Assembly: GCA_002269645.1 (NCBI GenBank)
Contig: NIVC01000700.1
Location: forward strand, 124,001-188,000
Source of the DNA: Macrostomum lignano
Lineage: Eukaryota
DNA length: 64,000 bases
Reading direction: 5' to 3'
The position numbers and the translations under genes are program-made. Shown one piece after another: positions 37,182 to 64,000 of the stretch; position 1 is the first letter of the stretch, and every line of letters begins with the position of its first letter. The notes under the pieces were generated by a model. It did no database searches. It was not told the DNA's origin and saw only the letters and a program-made list of their open reading frames with translations.

Positions 37182-37631
37182 AAGAAATCTAAAATAATGA
37201 AAGCGGAGGCATGGCAGTATCAAGGAGTACTGTACATGTATATAGCCATGTACAGTGGTCCTTTGGGTGGTAGGAAGAACGTAGAATACCGACGTCAGAT
37301 GCAAAACTGACGCGGTCGACCTCCCTGTGCCTTCGCCTGATCGCCCGCGGTATCCACGCGCCCTTCTCTCTCGTTGCTCTTTGCTTCCCCTTTGACTTTT
37401 GCTCCTGTTTTCACCCGTCTACATCATACATTTTACATTTTATGTATCTATTTATCATTTATTTCATCCTCCTTTACCTTTTTAATCATTTCGACTCACT
37501 TTTCTATCCTATCCTTTCGTTTTCGCTTTTCTTTTACTTCTACTCTCGTTTTTATCCCGAGATATCCTTTTCCTCTAAAATCTTTTTGAAATGCGCTCCC
37601 GCCTTCTTTTTTGCTTCAAATTGCTTTAACA

Positions 37632-37784
37632 TTCGCCGCCCCCGTGCGACACCGTGACGTCGCCGACTTCCTGAATGGCGCGACGCTACCACCAAGCGGC
37701 GGGACATCCAGCTGGTGGTTTCAAGTGCGCCACGCCGTCCGAGAGGTCCTGCAGCCGCTTGACCTGAAGGGTTTTTTGCCTTAG
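37632..37784 (+). mobile_element. Short remnant of a second, diverged Utopia-like ORF
   Basis: Reads DVADFLNG...SSWWFQVRHAVREVL versus SWFQVRHATREVL at 35709. The differences are mostly synonymous. Confidence 0.78.
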
Positions 37785-40700
37785 AGAAGGCAGAGGTCCA
37801 GGAGCGCGTGATTTCCGCCATGCATAAACACGGACCAATTGGGCACTGAGGAATTCATGTGTGACTGGCTCACATGACAAGGGGAAAGCGGCCCACCAGT
37901 GAAGCCACTATTGAACCGCTACACAGAGCAAACCAAGAGCAGGCTGAGGCAAGCTGCCCAGCCCTGCAAAACAGAGCGCAGAGGGAACGGGGGGACAGGG
38001 AGCAAAAAGGGAGAGCTGCGCCCTGCGGCAGGCGGAGGCTCAGGCGAGGGAAGGGAGATAGCGAGGGCGAGGGAAACTGCTGACTATAAGAGTGAGACAC
38101 CAACAGTAATCCTAGTAGCTAGTACGGCTCACTACACAGAATCTATTAGTTTACATGTATTGCACTTCTATTCATTGCAGGAATCTCTGTGCCAGTTGCC
38201 AATATCAAAAAATGATTTCGTAAGTGTAATAAAAGTGCCATATGAATCGATATGATGGAATTGTTATTGTTTTGCAGCATAGATAGCAATCTTAGAATTG
38301 AGAGAAAAAAATTCTGCTTTTCAAACATAGCCTTGGAAATATCCATCCTCGAGAATTTGGCTAGTTGCAATGGGGCAACCGAAAATAGCCATTGGCAAAT
38401 GCATTTTAAGCCCCCAAGGGCCAAACTGGCAACTGGATTTCCAACCTTAAAAAATCCAGCTTCTACTCTTCTACTCAGAATAGAGAATGTGCGCTCTATT
38501 CTGTTAAAATAGTTTTTTGAAAATTCTAATGAAAAATTTAAACAAAATATTTGCCCTTTGTACTCCTACCGCTAGTAGCATGTGCAAGCAATGAAATTTT
38601 GCGATAAAAATAGGGTGAAAAAAATATTTTAGTGCCAATAGTCATGCTTTGTGCAACAGATACGTAACTAATAAAATCGTCGTTTTATTATGCTGAGTTT
38701 TCTTTCTCACTGATCATGGAATTCGTGTATCACTATCAGGAGTATCAGTGAAGATTGTCAGTCGTCAGTAGTTGTTCTTTTACTGCTTTTGTAAATATTC
38801 TCGCAGCCAATTGTGTATCTAATAATAATAAGTCATATTTGTATGTTTAGTCGTAGTATGTAACTGAACTGATAGGCCTATATACTTATTTAGTATTAAT
38901 ATAGTTTTTTATTATTATAATATTAAGCTTTTTGGTAGCTAAGTAGCTTCAACCCAAAGTATCATAATCGTTAGCTTAAGGCGATATTTAGCTTAAAATC
39001 TTGCAATATTTAGCTTAAGGCGAAATACTGGGGAATGAGGTATGGGGGGTTTTAGGGTAAAAAGATTCTCATAGTTGTGGATAGGCCTAGAGATTGATTT
39101 TATATACTTACCTTCAATAATAGAGGCATGGTGTCTATTGACTATTGTCTTGTCAGTATTGAAGATTAGGCCTAGGTATATAAAAGTTTGGCTTCCAGTC
39201 AATCTGGCAACAAGACAATCTGGCAACAGTCAAAGTGGCAACAAACAATCCAGCAACAGATTTTGTATAGTAAATTTTTATAAAGATCTTAGATGCAAAA
39301 AAACTTTACATGTTGTTTTTAGTGGTGTAGGACCAAGACCGCCACACACCAAGACTACCACACTTGGGGGAGCTAGGGAAGAAATTTGGCTCAATATGTT
39401 ATTAGATGGTGCTAGAAAGGAGATAGGCCCTAAGTAGGTAGGAGAGCCAGTAGGACAAGGCTGCAAGAAAGGAACCTATGAGAGGAATAGCAATGCTAAA
39501 AGATTGGTAGCTCCCCCTCAATACCAGTAGCCAGTAATAGCTGTGGTGGTCACATCACATTAGGGTGTCACATCAAACATTTAAATATAATAGTGTGAAT
39601 TTTTTTACATACATGACAGTTGTTGGAGCTTCCCAGTTGATATCCCTATTAAGTTACAACATGGATAATAACTGCTAGGTAATTTTGTATCTGATTATGC
39701 ATTTTACATTTTGCAAATTGTATCCTGTATGAAAAATATAAAATGTATCAATTTAATCTTTTATGTAGTTTCCCATTTTCCAAAGCAATTTTATCATTAT
39801 AAGAAAAGCTGTTAAAAGCTGCAGATTTTTAACCTGCTAAATTTTAAAATGCCAAACTCTTGTATATAGGCCTAGACTATTAAAAATAAATAAATAATAT
39901 ATTATAAAAGCCTTCTAACCTATTTAAATGTCAAATAGCTAGTTTAATAGCTTTTTAGTATACTTTGTTGCTAGATTGACTATTGCCATTTTGATTTTTG
40001 CCAGATTGTTTATTGCCACCTTGCTAGATTGTGTTGTTGCTATGTTGGATTATATATTTGCACAACCCCTCCCCTAATTTATATTAGCCATGCAACTTAC
40101 TTTTTAACCAAAAATGCAATTTTGGACAAATGGCAAAAGTAACTATGACTGTCTTATTCATTGCATGTTTTCATGCTTGGCAGTTGCGCATCTATAATAG
40201 ATTGACTGGATACCAAAAGTTTGGATTTAGGGGTGGGTAATCAACCAAAAATTCAATGACCAACAACTTAGGTAAAGCATATTATTTGTAGAATCACAAT
40301 GTCAATGAGCCAAGATTTTTTGTTTAAGCCAAGCTTGAGTTGAGTTATATTATAAAAGTAAATTTTAAGTAATCAAATTGCAAGCATAAAGAGTTCATTA
40401 TTAAATTGGCTTTGGTATATAAAATATACATAGAAATGAAAAAATTGAAAATGTAGATAAGATTAACAAATAATTATATATGGTGAAGGTCAATATATGG
40501 AAAATTTCTAGTTTGTTTTGCAATGTTATTTTCAAGTTTGGATTGGTGCCAGAATATAGTAAGTATATTAGAAAACGATGGCTATGACCAAAAAGGATAG
40601 GAAATAGAAGTCCTTAGCATAAGGCAAGTCAAAAGTCTATGGGTGGATCTTGGTATAAGACTAAGAGTCTAATAAAAATATAAATAGCCCTACCTAGCTT

Positions 40701-41479
40701 TTATTTTAGCTCTGGAAGAAATTAGCTCTGCTTTATTTTACTATCTATTTATATAACACTATTTAATAACTAAATCTATATGTATGCTACAAGTTTAATA
40801 AGTTTTATCAGAAAGTTTATAACTAATTGTCTGACTAAGTGACTATTGTTCCTATCCAATTGCATTTTTTTATATGATTTCCTATCCCTTTTGGCCATGT
40901 ATATCATGTTCCGGTATGACACTAAATTGTAGCACTGATTCAAAATTGAAAATAATATTGTGAAACAAGCTGGAAAATAATATATAAAAGAAACTGGAAG
41001 AAGATATATGAATAAAGCTAGATGCTAGACCCAAAAGCATATAATTATCATAGCAATAGAAATAGCATGAAAGAACTAATCCATACTTAATAAAGTATTC
41101 TAACCTAGGTCACTAGGGTAAATAGCATTGACAAGGTCTAATTTCTCTGTTAGACAAGGTCTATTATCATTTTTTATACTATCTCACATTATATAATGCA
41201 TATCATCCTATTCTAGTTATATATAACATATCCATTATATTATATTGTCACTATAGAAATCAAAAGAATATACTAAATAGTATGATATTGATAGCCTAGC
41301 TAAAATCAGTCAATCAGATGGATGTCTATAATATTGTTTCAAAATCTTAATTTATACAAAAAATTCAATCAAATATTTTGTCACTATTTTTTTGCAAATT
41401 TCTGGTCCTAATTAGCATGCAAATGGTTATTTTATCTTTCAATTCAATGTTGCTATTAAGCAAATAAAAATTTTAAAGA

Positions 41480-64000
<22,521 letters not shown>

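Noticed and set aside
37850-38110. GC/purine-rich island downstream of the U2 locus with short ORFs
   Set aside because: No recognisable motif, splice pattern or repeat structure; it cannot be assigned without a database search.

Overview
Eukaryotic (metazoan) genomic DNA with GC-rich exons and repeat-inflated introns; the style suggests a flatworm such as Macrostomum (inference, not verified). Four spliced host genes were reconstructed by hand: a DEG/ENaC channel (minus, 1382-4385), a Flower/CACFD1 homolog (plus, 12184-15899, missed by the ORF track), TRAPPC11 (plus, 18619-32233, 15 exons) and the 5' part of a Piezo channel (plus, 41480 to beyond the window end). Mobile DNA includes a frameshifted intron-containing P-element/THAP9-type transposase, a PIF/Harbinger-superfamily deletion derivative with nested TIRs, hAT MITEs, a foldback element, a tRNA-derived SINE (2 copies) and an RTE-like remnant. 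The standout locus is 35118-37784: a U2 snRNA gene hit at the branch-point-pairing site by a 5'-truncated RLE-type (Utopia-like) non-LTR retrotransposon. A 554-bp duplication rebuilds a full-length but variant U2 upstream, and a remnant of a second, diverged family lies just downstream, homologous to the exact truncation point of the first. Most long introns carry their own private minisatellite, several built on transcription-factor-consensus-like cores. All ORFs over 400 aa in the supplied track are satellite artefacts.
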